Assembly (NCBI GenBank): GCA_965153455.1
Contig: OZ234494.1
Coordinates: 2,170,001-2,234,000, forward strand
Direction: 5' to 3'
Origin: Sphagnum compactum
Lineage: Eukaryota
DNA length: 64,000 bases
The translations under genes were made by a program, and so were the position numbers. Positions 61,801-64,000 of the stretch are shown here, piece after piece. A model generated the notes under the pieces. That model was given only the letters and a program-made list of their open reading frames with translations, was not told where the DNA came from and searched no databases. Position 1 is the first letter of the stretch; each line of letters starts with the position of its first letter.

Positions 61801-63718
61801 ATTCTCAATGGCTCAAATTGCATTTGTAATAAAAATTTCTCCATCCTTTTCATGTAACTTTTCAAAAGGACCAGACATTTCCAACCCTACAATTATCCTA
61901 TTTAAATGTTTAGATTGAAAAACAACATTTACAAGATCACAGCCATCACGAGTATGAATGACACCTCCACTTCACATGACATGCAAATTATTGTTTCGAA
62001 CATAATTTGAGGTTGCATCTTTTTTCTTAAGCCAGATAAGTAAATGTTGTTTTGGTGTGATCACCTTTTAACGTTATCTCGCAGGTTCAAGATCAAATTA
62101 AAGCCTAGATTTTTCTCATTGTTTACGTAGTTGTCACACTAACGCACTAAGTTCACCTATAGTTTTAAGCTTTTCAATAGGTCTCTCAACAAGTCTTTAG
62201 CATGTGAACTTGGCCTAACAACTCCTAATGTTAGTGATGTGGTTTATTGCCTATCTTTTGAAAATTGTGTGTCAAGGGAATTAAAAGCCTCTCCTAACGT
62301 TAACATTAATGTTTTATTTAAAACACTAGTCCTAAAAATAAAACATATATTTATTTATTTATTTATTTTTCAAAAACTTAGAACATTTTTTACATCAGAA
62401 ACAAAAAAGTCTCAAGGTTTTAACAAGGTCTAACAAACATGAATTTATTCATGAATGTCTACTATTATTTGTAGACTTTTTATTTACATTCTTTCATATG
62501 GTTTAACACATGCCTTTTTTTTCCCTTTCTTGCTTGTTTTTCTTTACGAAACTTTTCAAACTCTCACAAATTCAACTCTAGTTCGTGCCTAGGATTACAT
62601 GTAAAATCCAAAAACAAACTTGGGGTCAAACAAAATGACTCGTGTTTATGGTCTTCATGAAGTTATTTTATGTGTTCATTTGTGCACCAAATTCGGTTTG
62701 GTTTGCCTTTCATAATTTTCATTACCATAGGATTTAGGTTAGGTGGATGAGGTCGACGACGGAGATACATAATGTACATCGATCGGACAGTCCAATGTGT
62801 GAGAGAGATGGAAGCTGAGAGAATGGAATAGGGCTGCAATCAACAGTCTCTGCCTCTTTGACGGGCCTTCTCATGCACTCTGGATCTTTCGCTCTGTGAT
62901 TCTTGGAGCAGCAGCGGCCTCATCGAGGCAGCACCATGGTAAGCATTCGCTCCATCTATTCTTTGCCCTACCTCAATGCTCATGCTCTGTTTTCGCGGAA
63001 AAATTAGAAGAAAAGCAAGTAGAAGAAGAGTGAGAATAAGGAAGAGGAGGCGGGGAGGAAGAAAAGGGAAGGTAAGAGTCCTTTTTCTTGGTGACAAGCG
63101 TGTTAAGCCGAATTTCCTCCACCCACATTATCACTTCTATGCATGATTTAAGGATAAACAAATCACCTTGCATCTCACGTTTCAAAACAAACCAAATAGT
63201 TTTTTCTTTATAATCGAACTTTCAATAACAAAATTAAGTTCCACAACACAAAAAACATAGACTCGAGTCTCGGTTATGGAACCAAAAGATATAGATCACA
63301 TGCGGATTTAAAACTAAAACTCTGTATGTTTATTATATAGCTATGTTTTTATTTACACAAATTTTTTTTCATCTTTCTATTGTTTTTGTGTGATTAATAT
63401 GCCACACTATTCTTCTACCATGGACTTTACACACATAAACTATGTTAAAACCTTTTAAAACAAAAATCTCAATTCCTTTCACAATTTTATTCCATGAAAA
63501 TTTACACTTATACAATAACTCATTTCCATCAAGTGAAGGTCTCCCCAAAGCTTACAAACATTCACTTATATACTAAACACAAAGAAACTAAACAAAAAAA
63601 TTTCTAAAGTCTTAAAGTTCACACATCACATGGCTCCTTATGACTTCCCATGTGATTCCACATGCACATTAAAATGACAAAAACTTTACACATGAATTAT
63701 CATGTGCGAGTCAATTCA

Positions 63719-64000
63719 TGTCACGACCCTAGCCTTGAGTTTACAACCAAGGCAAGGGCTTGTAAAGGTGTGGGCCAACAATGAAGCCCAAAAATCACAT
63801 TTCATGCTCCTTAGAATGTAGGAGAATGTGAGCGAATGAACCCACAAATTCCCAAATGGACTCTGTCATGACCATATGTGTGTTAGCTATAACATATAGT
63901 GTGCAATGGTAGCGAGTAATGCCTACTTAGGGTTTCTAGGTTTATTGTTAGAGGAGAGTGGCTCTTCTGGTAGGACCCACCTTCATGTTGTCAGTGGGGG
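63719..64000. mobile_element. Start of an LTR-like element (TGTCACGACCCTA..., resembling the start of the 3261 solo LTR), apparently interrupted by a second TGTCA-starting element at 63864
   Basis: 5' end resembles TGTCGCAACCCTA of the solo LTR; runs off the window end. Confidence 0.4.

Noticed and set aside
59000-62700. AT-rich region with a GC-richer patch at ~60900-61500
   Set aside because: Probably decayed transposon DNA, but no diagnostic motif or termini could be identified.
62750-63097. Possible gene start on minus (MSIEVGQRIDGANAYHGAASMRPLLLQ...)
   Set aside because: Looks like a 5'UTR plus N-terminus but stops after 47 codons, with no identifiable family or downstream exons.

Overview
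Land-plant genomic DNA with GT-AG introns, AT-rich and TE-laden; the repeat content suggests a bryophyte such as Sphagnum (inference). Three host genes look intact: an RRM/BPA1-like gene (minus, 6475-9257) and a head-to-head pair, SNAPC1/SNAP43-like (minus, 49148-52382) and tubulin-folding cofactor E (plus, 53129-58861). A malectin-like LRR receptor kinase is broken: its ectodomain exons lie on plus (15243-19028) and an orphan kinase C-terminal half lies on minus upstream (11768-12966). About 19.4-46.5 kb is a stack of non-autonomous Helitron-like elements of one family, joined head-to-tail (5' TCTATAGTAAAGG, 3' hairpin plus CTAG). The units carry different captured host exons (ABCG, DsbA/HCCA-isomerase-like twice, AVT6-like transporter, WEB-family), and one unit has an in-frame spliceable chimeric ORF whose ATG spans the Helitron/cargo junction. 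Nested in the stack is a young full-length chromovirus LTR retrotransposon (25333-31251, TSD ACGGC) with a Tf1-type self-priming signature and nonsense-disrupted gag and pol. There is also a solo LTR with TSD (3261-4081) and small MITEs. All coordinates were read by eye and may be off by a few bases.
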